Part shown: piece by piece, positions 1 to 13,433 of the stretch | How positions within the stretch are numbered: the first letter of the stretch is position 1 | Layout of the letters: the number at the start of each line of letters is the position of its first letter | Source: Malacoraja senta | Lineage: Eukaryota | Reading direction: 5' to 3' | DNA length: 64,000 nucleotides | NCBI GenBank assembly: GCA_038087875.1 | Contig: CM075988.1 | Location: 18,664,001-18,728,000 of the forward strand | Notes under the pieces: generated by a model | Seen by the model: only the letters and a program-made list of their open reading frames with translations | Told to the model about the DNA's origin: nothing | Databases searched by the model: none | Made by a program: the position numbers and the translations under genes

Positions 1-269
1 AATTACCTCATACTGTGGGACAGGCCCTTTGCAGGAAGGACAAATGAGATATTAACATCAATCAATGATCTTCATACTGATTGAAACATTATGCCTCTAA
101 TTGAGGAAGTGCAACTTTTAGAATTAACAAGCAGTAACCAGGAAGCATTCTGAGAGTGAAGTGGGTCACTGACTCTTATGCCCATTGGGACCACTTAAGC
201 AGCCCTGGTTTCCTACATTCATAGTAAATGTGTTGCTTAATTTGGACGCATGAATCTTGAGCTGGTGGG

Positions 270-1043
270 ATACATAGATACATAGATACATAGAAAATAG
301 GTGCAGGAGTAGGCCATTCGGCCCTTCGAGCCTGCACCGCCATTCAATATGATCATGGCTGATCATCCAACTCAGTATCCCGTACCTGCCTTCTCTCCAT
401 ACCCCCTGATCCCTTTAGCCACAAGGGCCACATCTAACTCCCTCATAAATATAGCCAATGAACTGGCGTCAACTACCCTCTGTGGCAGAGAGTTCCAGAG
501 ATTCACCACTCTCTGTGTGAAAAAGTTTTTCCTCATCTCGGTCTTAAAGGATTTCCCCCTTATCCTTAAGCTGTGACCCCTTGTCCTGGACTTCCCCAAC
601 ATCGGGAACAATCTTCCTGCATCTAGCCTGTCCAACCCCATAAGAATTTTGTACGTTTCTATAAGATCCCCTCTCAATCTCCTAAATTCTAGCGAGTATA
701 AGCCAAGTCTATCCAGTCTTTCTTCATATGAAAGTCCTGACATCCCAGGAATCAGTCTGGTGAACCTTATCTGCACTCCCTCTATGGCTATAATGTCCTT
801 CCTCAGATTTGGAGACCAAAACTGTAAGCAATACTCCAGGTGTGGTCTCACCAAGACCCTGTACAACTGCAGTAGAACCTCCCTGCTCCTATACTCAAAT
901 CCTCTTCCTATGAAGGCCAACATACCATTCGCTTTCTTCACTGCCTGCTGCACCTGCATGCCTACTTTCAATGACTGGTGTACCATGACACCCAGGTCTC
1001 GCTGCACCTCCCCATTTCCTAATCGGCCACCATTTAGATAATA
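270..1043 (-). mobile_element. 5'-truncated CR1-clade LINE (HER1-like), ORF2 C-terminus plus 3' UTR
   Basis: ORF 372..1007(-) has CR1 C-terminal motifs (RDLGV, LVRPHLEYC.QFWSP, RRLRGDLIETYK, FFTQRVVNLWNSLP). The tail is (catagata/catagaaa)n octamers at 270-297. Confidence 0.92.
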
Positions 1044-1279
1044 TATGGTGTTCGTGTTCTACCTCTGTGAGCTTTTTATTTTGCCTCTGGGTCTGTAAAT
1101 AATGTTAGTAGTAATGGGACTGTCGAGTTTCACCATCACTGTGGCTAACTCTTCGTACCACACACTTGGACGAAACGTAAAGCTGACCACACATGTGGAG
1201 AGCCACAGTTTACAGGTCCGCTCTAATCTATTGCTCAATTCTTCACTGTTGCAAAAGCAAATGGGCGGCTGCATTTGGA

Positions 1280-1525
1280 GACACAAGCAACTGCAGACGC
1301 TGGAATCATGAGAGAAACACAAAACGCTGGAGGAACTCAGCGGGTCAGGCATCATCTGTGGAGGGAGGAACTGCAGATGCTGGTTTAAACCAAAGTTAGA
1401 CGCAAATAGCTGGTCAGACAGCATCTCTGGAGAAAAGGAATAGGTGACGTTTCGGGTTGGGATCCTTCTTCAGAGCTTTTCTCCAGAGATGCTGTCTGAC
1501 CCTCCAGCTTTTTGTGTCTACCATC
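1280..1525. mobile_element. Cluster of Penelope-pLTR-derived short elements
   Basis: Recurrent motif gctggagtaactcagcggg...cagcatctctggaga...ggtgacgtttcggg...ccttcttcag, present in both orientations. Confidence 0.75.
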
Positions 1526-2296
1526 TGTGGGGGGAGGGGGGGGGGAGATGGACAGGCGCTGTTTCAAGTTGAGACCCTGGTACATGGGTGGATGTCGCTG
1601 TTTTTCATACCTGATCGCGATGATGTAATTTTAACGGATATTGGTACTTTCAGTGGGAATGCAAGGAGTTGGATTTTTTGCTGGGATTTTGCCTGTAGTT
1701 CTGCAGAGACCAGCCTGTAGTCACCTGTGTGATTGTCAGTGGTTTTAGGACGTTATGTGAACGTGGAATGTGCCCGTCCCTCCATGGTCATTCCCTCCAC
1801 GGATGCTGCCTGACCTGATGAGTTACTCCAGCACTTTGTGCTTCGCTCAAGATTCCAGCACCTGCAGTTTCTGGACAGATGACGATTTCGACTTACAGGT
1901 TAAGTTTCGTTAAGTTTAGTTTATTGTCTCGCGTACCGAGGTACAGTGAAAAACATTTGTTGCGTGCTAACCAGTCAGCGGAAAGACACAATCAATCGAG
2001 CCATCCACAGTGTATAGATACATGATAAAGGGAATAACCATGAATAACATTAAGTGCAAGACAAAGTCCATTAAAGTCAGATCAAAGATAGTCCTAGGGT
2101 CTCCAATGAGGTAGATAGTAGCTCAGAACTGCTCTCTAGTTGTTGGATGGTTCAGTTGCCTGATAACAGTGTAATGTTGCTATGAGGGTGTGTTATGGGA
2201 ACACACTGGTCGTCAGGAAGAGGGCGAGGCAGAGGGCAGAGTCATCACGTCATGAGTCAAGTCAAGAATATTTAGTTATCATATCGACCAACACAG

Positions 2297-2454
2297 TTTT
2301 TTTTATATACCAAAAATAACTTAATCAATTATTTACAATAATATGTACAAAATAAATCAAAACCAAACCCACCACCATAAGACAAGTCAAACAAATATAC
2401 TTCAATACTAAATAAACTATTATACAACTATATCACCAGGATGCATTCCACCCC
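2297..2454 (-). mobile_element. 3' end of an L1/Tx1-like LINE
   Basis: Poly-T at 2297, A-rich UTR, minus-strand GVECILVI* terminus, short cacagt duplication in the flanks. Confidence 0.45.
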
Positions 2455-2714
2455 TCACAGTGGTGCAGCAGCAAAGTCGCCGCCTCACAGGGCCAGAGAC
2501 CCGGCTTCGTTCCTGACTACGGGTGCTGTCTGTGTGGAGTTTGCATGACCTCCCGATAACCGCATGGATTTTCTCCGGATGCTCTGTTTTCTTCCCACAT
2601 CCCATAGTTCAGTTTATTGTCTTTATTGTTAGTTTCGGTTTTTTAGTTCTGCAGGTTAATTGTCGCTAATGTGTAGAATGTGGATGAAAAAGTGGGAGGA
2701 CATAGAACTAGTGA

Positions 2715-2829
2715 AGAAGAAGAAGAAGAAGAAGAAGAAGAAGAAGGGTTTCGGCCCGAAACGTTGCCTACTTCCTTCGCTCCATAGATGCTGCCGCACC
2801 CGCTGAGTTTCTCCAGCAATTTTGTCTAC
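2715..2829 (+). mobile_element. Penelope-pLTR-derived insert with an (AAG)n expansion, nested in a SINE
   Basis: Flanked by a perfect 14-bp TSD catagaactagtga (2701-2714 and 2830-2843). Confidence 0.85.
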
Positions 2830-3899
2830 CATAGAACTAGTGAGAATAGGTGATTGATGGTCAGTGTGGACATGGTGGGCCGAAGGACCTATTTCCATAC
2901 TGTATCTCTAAGACAAAAAGTAAAAGCTAAATTCTTGCTTGCCGCAGCTTAACAGATCTGTAACTGCCTACCTGTAATCATTTATCACTTGCCAGACTTT
3001 TCACCCAGGAGTGTTTTGAGGAGATGTAGATCTCATTGTGTGGAATTGTAATGATCTCTGATTAGATGACCTCGCATGTCTTTGGGTAATAATTGGACTG
3101 GTCTGGGTCACAACCTTCAGCTGTCCCTTAATATTTGTTACTTTTGCTGCTGGCTTGAGAGCTTCAAATGTCATTGAAATATGTGACTCACAAAGAACTG
3201 TTGCAATTAAGTTGATTCCTGTTAATGGCCAATGTCTGATAGCTTTTTAATTCCCATGCACAGACAGAAATGATGTGATGTTGCAGTCTCTTCATCATTC
3301 TTACGACTAATGGCTCGTTTGCCATCAGTTTAATTTAGTTTAGAGATATGACGTGGAAACAGGCCCTTCGGTTCACCGAGCCTGCTCTGACCGGCGATCC
3401 ACCCATACATTAGTTCTATCTTACACTCTTACCCAAGCCAATTAACCTACAATTGCATGTCTTTGGAATGTGGAAGGAAACCGGAGCACCCAGAGAAAAT
3501 CCATGTAGTCATAGGGAGAACGTGCAAACTCCGCACATACAGCACCCGTTGAATGGACAGACAACGTCTCGTGATGAGAAAGTTGGGAAATAAACTGAGA
3601 AGGGTTTCAATGAGTTAAGTCCAATGAATGAAATTCATTCTGAGAATTGCAAGAATGCGCCTGGATCTCTGTGTTTGCTGAAAATGATTCATTAGATTGT
3701 TCAATGGAGTTTAATGCAATAACAACGTACATCTGAGCAGATATCATGTATTTTCATTGGTGGATGAATTGCTAGATGAGAACATCACAGGATATTAATC
3801 TGTCACACGTTAATTGGAACCATACTAGGATCAAGAAATAACACTTGGTTTACCTCTTGCCGTTTTTGTTTCTGTTCTTTATATTCTTTCTCAAGGCTT

Positions 3900-4180
3900 T
3901 AGGGATACAGCGTGGAAACAGGCCCTTCAGCCCACCGAGTCCGTGCCGACCAACAATCTCCATACACTAGAAATTTCCTACACATTAGGGACAATTTACA
4001 TTTTTACCGGAACTGATTAATCTACAAACCTGTACGTCTTTGTAGTGTAGGAGGAAACCGGAGCACCCGGATAAAACCCACACGGTCACAGGGAGAACGT
4101 ACAAACTCCGTATAGTCAGGATCGAACCCGGGTCTCTGGCGCTGTGAGGCAGCAACTCTACCGCTACGCCTCTGTGCCGC
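3900..4180 (-). mobile_element. HE1-like tRNA-derived V-SINE
   Basis: Reverse complement of the tRNA-like head (gcggtagagttgctgcc...gggttcgatcc), central domain and ggccgaagggcctgtttcc tail. Confidence 0.85.
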
Positions 4181-4397
4181 CTTCTAAGTCCAACCAACAT
4201 CATCAGTCTGAAATAGTAGCCTGAAATATTCTCTTTCTCGCTCCACAGATGCTGCCTGATCTATTAAGCATTTCAGTCTGAACACCTCTCAGGCATCTCC
4301 CTCAAGTAACAAAGTTTCATGGGTGAATCCAAAGAGTTGGCATGGTGAATGGAAGGGACTTCAGGGCACTTTTTAAACATCAGGTGCAAAGAACTGC

Positions 4398-4708
4398 ATG
4401 GTGATGCAGCAGTAGAGTGGCTGACTTACAGCGCCAGAGACCTGGTTCGATCCTGTCTATGGGTGTTGTATGTTAGGAGTTTGTACATTCTCCCTGTGAC
4501 CGCCTAGGTTTTCTCCGGGTGCTCAGTTTCCTCCCACACTCCAAAGCCGTACAGATTTGTAGGTTCATTTGGATTTGGTAAAAATAAATTGTAAATAATC
4601 CCTCGTCTGTAAGATAGTGTTAGTGTACGGGGACCGCTGGTTGGCGCAGACACAGTGGGCCGAAGGTCCTATTTCCGCGCTGTATTTCTAAACTAAACTA
4701 AACTAAAC
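4398..4708 (+). mobile_element. Full-length HE1-like V-SINE. It represents about 25 copies, e.g. 3330-3550, 7975-8135, 10965-11268, 12125-12440, 16520-16830, 19125-19440, 19755-20050, 20225-20510, 27465-27745, 29480-29680, 34610-34900.
   Basis: Pol III A/B-box-like head (tggtgatgcagcagtagag...ggttcgatcc), central gtttgtacattctccctgtgacc...tttcctcccacactccaaag domain, CR1-like 3' end and (aaact)n tail. Confidence 0.88.
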
Positions 4709-6095
4709 ATCAGGCTCTTGAACACTGCACAACACTAACCTCAAATATGAACTTCTATGCACTGTCTTTAGTTGTAATATGGACTGAAGATGGACACAAA
4801 ATGCTGAAATAACTCAGCGGGACAGGCAGCATCTCTGGATGGAAGGAACGGGTGAAGTTTCAGGTTGAGACCCTTCTTCAGACTATAGACTAGTGGTGTT
4901 TTGCTTGTGTTGCAGTTATTAACTCATTGAATTTTAGTTTAGTTTATTTATTTTTTAGTTTAGTTTAGAGAAACAGGCCCTTCCAGCGCACCGGGTCCAC
5001 GCCGACCAGCGACCCCACACATTAACACTATCCTATACCCACTAGGGACAAGTTTTACATGTACCAAGCCAATTAACCTACAAACCTGTACGTCTTTGGA
5101 GTTATTCCATATTATTTATGTGCATTGTGTTTCCAGGCCTGTTGTGCTGTTACAAGTAAGAATTTCATTGTTCCGTTGTCAGTACATACAACAATGAAAC
5201 ACTCTCTTCTCTCTTGACTCTTCAAGATCAGGCAAGATTCACATTGTCATGCGTATTGTCATGCGTATCTAGGTGCAGTGAACTGCTTTGTTTTGCAGCC
5301 AACTCGGTAAAATCACACAGCAGACCTCACCTGGGCACAACACAAGAATTGCCGACAATGTTACAGAAGTTACAAAATTGAGTTGGATGAAGACCAATCT
5401 TCAAGATTGAGTGACGTTTGTTCAAGAATAGGGACTGGACAAGTTAGTAGGGAAGAACTTGCTTGTTTTTGAACAATAACATTATGGAAACAGTCCCAAC
5501 TCTCTGAAACCTGTGGCCTAGATTTTGGTGCTTAAAATCCATTGACCAGGGCTTGAGCCCACAACATCTTGAATCAGAAACAAGGGAGCGACTGAACAAA
5601 GGGCAACGCTTGCCAAAACCAAACATGAATAAATGCACAAGTTAAAGCTTGGATGCTTTCCGATATAGAAAAATCAATAATTTTCAATGTAGCTATTGTT
5701 ACAAGACAGGGAAGGATTATATTACATTTGCAAAGCTTAAGGTCAAAAACAACATTTGGAAAGTAAATATTTGGGTCAGATTCCATCAAGTGGTTCCAAA
5801 TTTCAGAGCGCATAGGTCGAACGCTGGTGAGTTGTGGATTTTAACTCACATTATGCCTCTGGAGATTCTGAACCATATGTGTAGGAAGTGAACTGCAGAT
5901 GCTGGTTTAAACTGAAGATAGACACTAAATGCTGGAGTAACTCAGCATGACAGGAAGCATCTCTGGAGAGAAGGAATGGGTGACGTTTCGGGCCGAGACG
6001 CTTCGTCACACTATATGAACCAAATGGTCAGATTTAAAGCTCATCAGTCCACTTACACACATGTTTCCAGAGGACCTGCGCCCAGCTATTTCACA

Positions 6096-6333
6096 AAATG
6101 CTGGAGTAACTCAGCGGGACAGGCAGCATCTCTGGAGAGAAGGATGGGTGACGTTTCGGGTCGAGGCCCTTCTTCAGACTGAATAAGGGTCTCGACCCGA
6201 AACATCCAAAATTTCTCGACCTGAAACGTCACCCATTCCTTCTCTCCAGAGATGCTGCCTGTCCCGCTGAGTTACTCCAGCATTTTGTGTCTATCTGCGG
6301 TTTAAACCAGCATCTGCAGTTCCTTCCTACACA
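6096..6333. mobile_element. Fold-back (inverted) Penelope-pLTR element with hammerhead motifs on both strands
   Basis: The left arm is the reverse complement of the right arm. TSD cccagc(t/a)atttcaca at 6081-6095 and 6334-6348. Confidence 0.85.
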
Positions 6334-7643
6334 CCCAGCAATTTCACACCAGACTCCATATTAAGGCATTCAGAGCTGCAAATTATATCTTCAATCAGTA
6401 TTTCAATCTAACACTGGATTGTCAGATTATTCATTTTCGAAGACAGTCCCTTTATCTTGCCCACTCCCTGCCACTGGAAATAGTTTAAGACAAGAAGATC
6501 CAAAGAACGGTATCAACAGCAATATCACATCAAAGGTCTATGATTCCTCAGACATTGTCCTTTGTAGGGGGTTATAGCTGGCACTCACTTTAGATAATAA
6601 ACCATTTCAAGTGCATAACATGCTCTATTACATCAAACGCCGCTGTCATTTTCAAACAATTTTATTTGGAATTGTATACCATTTCATTCTTTGGGTTATA
6701 ATGTATATTTATAGAGTGTTATTACTGTTGGAAATGTCGGCAATTCTCCCTTCATTTTTCAAGCGATAATGCCTTGTTGTTGATAATGCCTAGCTGAGGA
6801 AAAATCTCTTGTCTCCTTCCTCACACGTTATGTTATGTCACTGCGATAAGTACACTCGGACGCCTCCTCAGTCCCGAAGTCCATCTGATTATCACTCAAC
6901 AGACAAGAGGGAAAACAGACTGGAACTGATAAGAAACAGAATGAGAAAAGGTGATTTGTATCATCACATTGTGTGCATAGAAAAGTATGAAAGTTGCAAA
7001 ATCCGCAAATCAGAAATGAAATCAAGATATGCCAGATGTATCCTCCAACATCCTGTAAGGGTCCACGCAGGTTAATACTTTATCTGCCGACCCTTTATAA
7101 ACCAGCTTTCTGAAAAAATCTATGCCTGAAGAGCTGAACTGATTGCAAATCTGCAGTGTTTCGAGCACTGTCTGTTTTAATTATCTTCTTTAATATCTGT
7201 ATGTCTCATAAACTTTATGCAACCATTTAACTTCCTGAGGCAAAACTCTGTAAAAATCTCCTGTATCTCAATATCACAGGACATCTAACTGTCCATTTTT
7301 TTTAAGCTATTCTAAGCTATTTGCCTTCCTGATTAGATGTTGCCGTGACTATGGTGCTTAGAATTGTCCTTGGAATTGTTCACCTGAGAGGGCTGCATAG
7401 AAACTCATAGAACATGCAATATAAAACAGTACAGATAGACAGAAAATGCTGGGGTAACTCAGGGGGACAGGCAGCATCTGCGGAGAGAAGGAATGGGTGA
7501 CGTTTTGGGTCGATCCTCATAAACCTTCTCTGCATTCTTTCCTGCTTAATGATATTCCTCCTACAGTGGGTGACCAAATCTAAACACCATACTCCAAATA
7601 TGGCCTCACCAATGCCTTGTATAACTGTAACATAACATCCTAA

Positions 7644-7963
7644 AACCCCTGTCCCACGGTACGAGTTCATTCCAAGAATTCTCCCGAGTTTGCCCTGATT
7701 CGAACTCGGAGATTTACGGTAATGGCCACTCGTCGGTACTCGGGGCTCTCGTGGACATTTTTCATCATGTTGAAAAATCTTCACGAGTCTTCCCGTGCTT
7801 ACCTGCCGTTAGCGAGTCTTCCCGAGTACCTGCCGTTAGCGCTAAGAGACGTCCCCGAGCTCCGACGTACCCGCTGCGTTCATTCTCCGTGCTTACCACG
7901 AGTTTGATTTTTTTTAAACTCGGGAGAGCTCTTGGAATGAACTGGTACCGTGGGACAGGGCTA
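7644..7963. mobile_element. PIF/Harbinger-type MITE (subfamily A)
   Basis: TIRs of about 45 bp starting aacccctgtcccacggtac / gtaccgtgggacagggcta. TAA TSD at 7641-7643 and 7964-7966. Confidence 0.85.
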
Positions 7964-10900
7964 TAAGTCTACCTACCTACAGACTCGCATGCCTTTGGAG
8001 TGTGGGAGGCAACTGGAGCAACCGGAGAAAACCCACGTGGTCACGGGGAGAACGTACAAACTCCGTACAGACAGCAACCGCAGTCAGGATTGAACCCGGG
8101 ACTCTGGCGCTGTAAGGCAGCAACTCTACCGCTGCCTTATAACTGCAAAACAACATCCTAACTTCTGTACTCAATAACCTGACTGATGAAGACCAATGAG
8201 CCAAAGCCTTCTTTACTGCTCTATGAAGGATGGTAAGTAAAGACTTTGATTACCAGCAAAGTAAACTTGCCATGAATAAATTAAAATAAATCTTCTCCAT
8301 AAAGGGACTCAGTGCGGAGCTGGGATTGGTGGAAAACAGCACCTTTATATAACATCATTACTCAAATAGTGTGAGATTAAAAGCAACAAATAAAATAAAT
8401 CTTCCCTCTCGAGTTACAGGAGTAAATAATTATAGTGGAGTGCTCTGCCTGGCCAAGCGTTGCTGAGGTTTTCTCAGGATTGCCACTTGTTTTGGCCCCA
8501 GAGGAGGCCAGCTCATTACAGGAAGACATCCAAGCACGGCACTAATTTGACAAATTCACTCAACGTGACTTTATGAAATTTAGTTTAGTTTGGAGATGCA
8601 GCACGGAAACAGGCCCTCCGTAGTCAGGATCGAACCCGGGTCCCCGCCGCTGTAAGGCAGCAACTCTACCGCTGCACCACCATGCCACCCCTCATAAACT
8701 GGTACACTTCAAAAAGTTCACCCCTCAGCTCTAATGTCCCCACCACAGCCTACCCAACCTCTCCATGTAACTTGCTCTGGTCTTGCTCTCGTTCCTGTAG
8801 AAACATAGAAACATAGAAAAATTGGTGCAGGAGTTGGCCATTTGGCCCTTCGAGCCATTCAATATGATCATGACTGATCATCTAAAATCAGTACCCCGTT
8901 CCGGCTTTTTCCCCATATCCCTTGATTCCTTTAGCCCTAAGAGCTAAATCTAACTCTCTCAGGAGTTAGGAGTGTCCCGTCAGCAAGCAAGAGGATGCAA
9001 CAGGATGGAAAAGTCCTTTGGAGCGATTTATCCAAAAGCCCAATTCAATTATTTATTATAAGTTGTCTATTACTGGCCATGCACCGATACATCCATTCAA
9101 CATTCTCTTTCATATTTATCCTTCAAGGTCTGCATTCCTAACGAATGCATATGTGCTAATCCTTCATCTCTCCCCGTGTACAACGACCCTGGTACAAGAA
9201 CTCAGTTTCTATCATTTCTACAATTAACATTTTAAAATACGGTTTGATTTTACTCCTGTGGTACTGATGATCTTTCCATTGAATATTCTGATGACTCTGC
9301 ATATTTCAGAGCCGCATGTCTCGTTGGATTTCCTGATAAATTATCTCAATGAATGCTAATGCATGAAGGTTCTTTGATATGCGTTATGCAAATATTGCTG
9401 ATTATCTCCCAAAACTCTAACAAAGCTTTTCCACATAAGACCGTATAAGACCCCACAAAGCCTTCAAACGGTGACTGAGATATCACGCTGTGGATGGCAT
9501 TCTTTGTCCAGTGACACAAGGCTGTAGTTCATGACTCAAGGATCAAGTATCAAGAGTGTTGAATTGTCATATGTACCAACAAGAGAACAAGAACATTCCT
9601 ATTTGCTGCAGCTATGTAAACACAATAACACACAGACAAATATATGATAATCTAAAATACATTAAATTAGCAATCACAATACTAGGTAACCCAAAAAGTG
9701 CAAAACCGAAGTCTGTAATGCAACCAAAGATACTGTCCATGGAAGATTAAGTTAGTCTGAAGAAGGGTCTCGACCCAAAACGTCACCCATTCCTTCTCTC
9801 CAGAGATGTTGCCTGTTCCGCTGAGTTACTCCAGCTTTTTGTGTCTATCTTTAGTTTAAACCAGCATCTGCAGTTTCTTCTTACACATCTGCAGTTCCTT
9901 CTTTTCCACATGATAGTTGCTGAGATCAGTATTGTGCAGGTCACGGTTTTCAGGCTCCTGTATTTTCCTCCACCTATTTGTAGGTTAATTGGCTTGATAT
10001 GATTGTAAATTGTCCCCAGTGCGTGTAGGAGAGTGCTAATGCACGGGGATCGCTGGTCGGCGCGAACTTGGTGGGCCAAAGGGCCAGTTTCCGTGCTGTA
10101 TCTCTACAACTAAACTAAAACTATATTGCTCTAATGCTGCAACATTATATTGTGCGATCTAGGTACTTTTCTTTTTGCACCACCTGTTGTTCTTGTGCAG
10201 AGCTTGTTTGCACTCATGCGTGGTATGACTTGATTTGACTAGATAGCTTGCAACCAAAAGGTTTACGCTGAACCTTGGTAGGTTTCAATAATAACCAAAT
10301 ACCTATCACAGAACACCATTACCCTCACTGAGATCTGATGCTGTTATTAACATCACCATGAGACTATGGTTTGATGCTCACATTTCACTCAGCAAGTGCC
10401 TATTTTAACGGGGGAAATTTAGTTCTCTTCTTGACTTGTCAGTACTGCATTAAAGTTGCATGAAAATATTCCAATAATTATGGACTCGAAGGTCAATAGG
10501 CAAACGTGGAGTGTATAACTTATTAAAACGTATCAAAGCGAAAGATTTCTTAAATCTATACAGATCATTCCGTCTTATGTGAGGTTAATGCTGAATTTCA
10601 GCAGACAGAGAGTGGTATTCTTGTTTGATGATGCTTACTATTGATGGAGTGATTTCAGTTTTACTGTCGAGTGAAGAGCAGAACTTAGGTGGTTTGTAAA
10701 ACAACGCTTGAGCAAAATACCCGATCTGAACATGAAAAGACTGTTGAAGATGTAAATCCACACAAGGTCTTCAGTATGGAAACAACAAGACCTACTCTAT
10801 AATTCCACAAAATAACGCTTCTGCAGCAAGACTTCATACCAGAGCTTGTTCCATGGGCACTTTAAGTAAAAGACAAGCTTGTTAGATTGGTGGTAATGTT

Positions 10901-11951
10901 GGCTGTAGATAAAGGAAATTGATCATTCAAAACCCACTCCAGGTGTTGTGTAGATAGTCAGAGGTTTAGCTTAGTTTAGTGATGCAGCGCGGAAACAGGC
11001 CCTGTGGCCCATTGAGTCCGCCCCCGACCAGCGATCACCCCGTACACTACTAGCACGAGGGACAATATTACAATGACCATATTACCAAAGCCAATTAACC
11101 CCCAAACCTGTACGTCTTTTGAGTGTGTGAGGAAACGGGAGGCCCTGGAGAAAACCCACGTGGTCACGGGGAGAATGTACAGACTCTGTACAGACAGCAC
11201 CCATAGTCAGGATCGAGCTAGAGTCTCTGGTACTGTAAGAGAACAACACTACCGTTGCGCCACCGTGCTGGGAAGAAACTTTTCTTGGAGGTCACAGTTT
11301 TCAAGCTCCTGTACCTTCTTGCCAATGGTATTGGTGAGACGAGAACGTGGCCAGGGTGGTGTGGGTCTCTGATGATGCTGGCTGCCTTTTTGAGGCAGCG
11401 CCTCCTGTAGATCCCTTCAATGGTGGGGAGGTCAGTACCAGTGATGGACTGGGCAATGTCTACCACTCTCTGTAGTCTCTCCTTTGTTCCTTGAGATCCA
11501 AATCCAAATTACACCGACTGCAGAGTATTTTGGGCTGGTGTGAAGGCACTGTATCACTCCAGCACATTCATAAAACATCTTGACAATCCACCACCAATAG
11601 TGAAGGAAAGCGGAATAATTTGTTACAGTTTGGCCCTGCACAGAAGAGCAGAAAATTTATGTTTTGAAGCATCATTCAAAAACTTTGAACGTGGCATTTC
11701 CCCACGCATATTTCATAAATTGAAATTCCCTCGAACATCATAAATTTTAGTAAGAAATTTTAAACTTGTCTTTGCGCGAGGATTGCTGTCAGTGAAAAAT
11801 CCATGCCTTGTAAAAATTCAAATCTTCATATCTCATGTGTCCATCAATTTGATATTTGTAACATCTTATGGGATCAATAGCGTCATATAAAGGTAGATTA
11901 TTGTTGCTACGTGCAGTGTCGGAAGAATCAAACAACTTACATTTGAATTAA

Positions 11952-12045
11952 AGGTGGACTCAGAATGCTGGAGTAACTCAGTGGGACAGGCAGCATCTCT
12001 GGAGAGAAGGAATGGGTGACGATTTGGGTCGAGACCCATCTTCAG
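11952..12045 (-). mobile_element. Penelope-pLTR-derived short insert
   Basis: 13-bp TSD acatttgaattaa at 11939-11951 and 12046-12058. Confidence 0.8.
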
Positions 12046-13433
12046 ACATTTGAATTAATGGAGGATTAGTGTAAATGGGTGGTTTAGGTTTAGTCCATCA
12101 TTGATGGGCTGAAGGGCCTGTTTGTTAGTTTAGTTTAGAGATACAGCATACTAGAGATACTAGCCCTTTGGCCCACTGATTCCATGCCAAACATTGATCG
12201 CCCATTCACACTAGCCCCATGTTGTCCCACTTTTGCGTCCACTCCCTGCACACGAGGGGCAATTTACAGAGCCGATTAACCTGCAAACCTGCACGTCTAC
12301 GGGATGTGGGAGGAAACTGGAGCACCCATAGGAAACCCAAGCGGTCACGGGGAGAATGTGCAAAATCCACACAGACAGCACTCGCGGTCAGGATCGAACT
12401 TTGTTCTCATGCGCTGCGAGGCAACGGGTCTACCATCACTCTATTGTCCAACTGGGGAATATCTATCTAAATCCTTTCTGCTGATATTCTAGCGTGCTGT
12501 GTTGCTATGTAGGATTTGGACCACAGCTGAATCCTCCCCTCCACCCATGCTTGCCTCCCGTGTTTTTCCCCTGGCTGCACTTACTTTTTGATTGAAAGCC
12601 GGCGGCCTCCCTCCTGCAGCTGACAAACAGGGGGGAGAGGATGGTTGTGATCAGGCATGGGTGACGTATCTGGGCCACGCTGGTTGCCTTCAGGTGGACC
12701 GCTGCAGGTAGGAGACTTTGATGCCTCTGATAATCAGACTAACATAAAATGTCTTCCGATGGATACGTTGCAAGAAATGAATAAAGATAAAGAAAATATC
12801 GCGTGTGGTTTCATTGCGATTTTTTTCTTTCCTCCCACGGTGGCACAGTGACAGATCGGGTAGAGCCGCTTCCTCACAGTGCCAAAGACCTCCATCCTGA
12901 CCTCGGGTGCTCTTTGTGTGGAGTTTGCACATTCTCCTTGTGACCTTGTGGGTTTCCTCCAGGTGCTCTGGTTTTGTAGGTTAATTGGCCTCTATTAAAT
13001 GTCCCCTAAAGCGCACGGAATGGGACAACATTGAACTTGTGTGAACAGGCGATCGTTGGTCACTGTGTACATGGTGGGCCGAAGGGCCTGTTTCCATGCT
13101 GTACCTCTAAGCTAAACTCAACTAGAAACAAAGAAATGCAGATGATGGTTTATACCAAAGATAGACACAAAGTGCTGGAGTAACTCAGTGGGTCAGGCAG
13201 CATCACTGGAGAAATAGGATGGGTGACATTTCAGGTTGGGACCCTCCTTCAGACTGCTTCTTCAGAAGATGGTTCCATCCCGAAAAATCACCTATTCTTT
13301 TTCTCCAGAGATGCTGCCTGACCCGCTGAGTTACTTCAGCACTTTGTGTCCATATGTGCCTTTTTAAGTGTTTTAATAAATGCACAATAACCTGCCTGAC
13401 TTCTACAGTACTTGTGTAAAGAGGAACTGCAGA

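Noticed and set aside
4398..4460. tRNA-like sequences with A/B boxes
   Set aside because: They are SINE heads continuing into SINE body and tail, with no complete cloverleaf.
6809..7075. 88-aa ORF in unique sequence
   Set aside because: Non-ATG start, no recognisable domain, weak splice signals.
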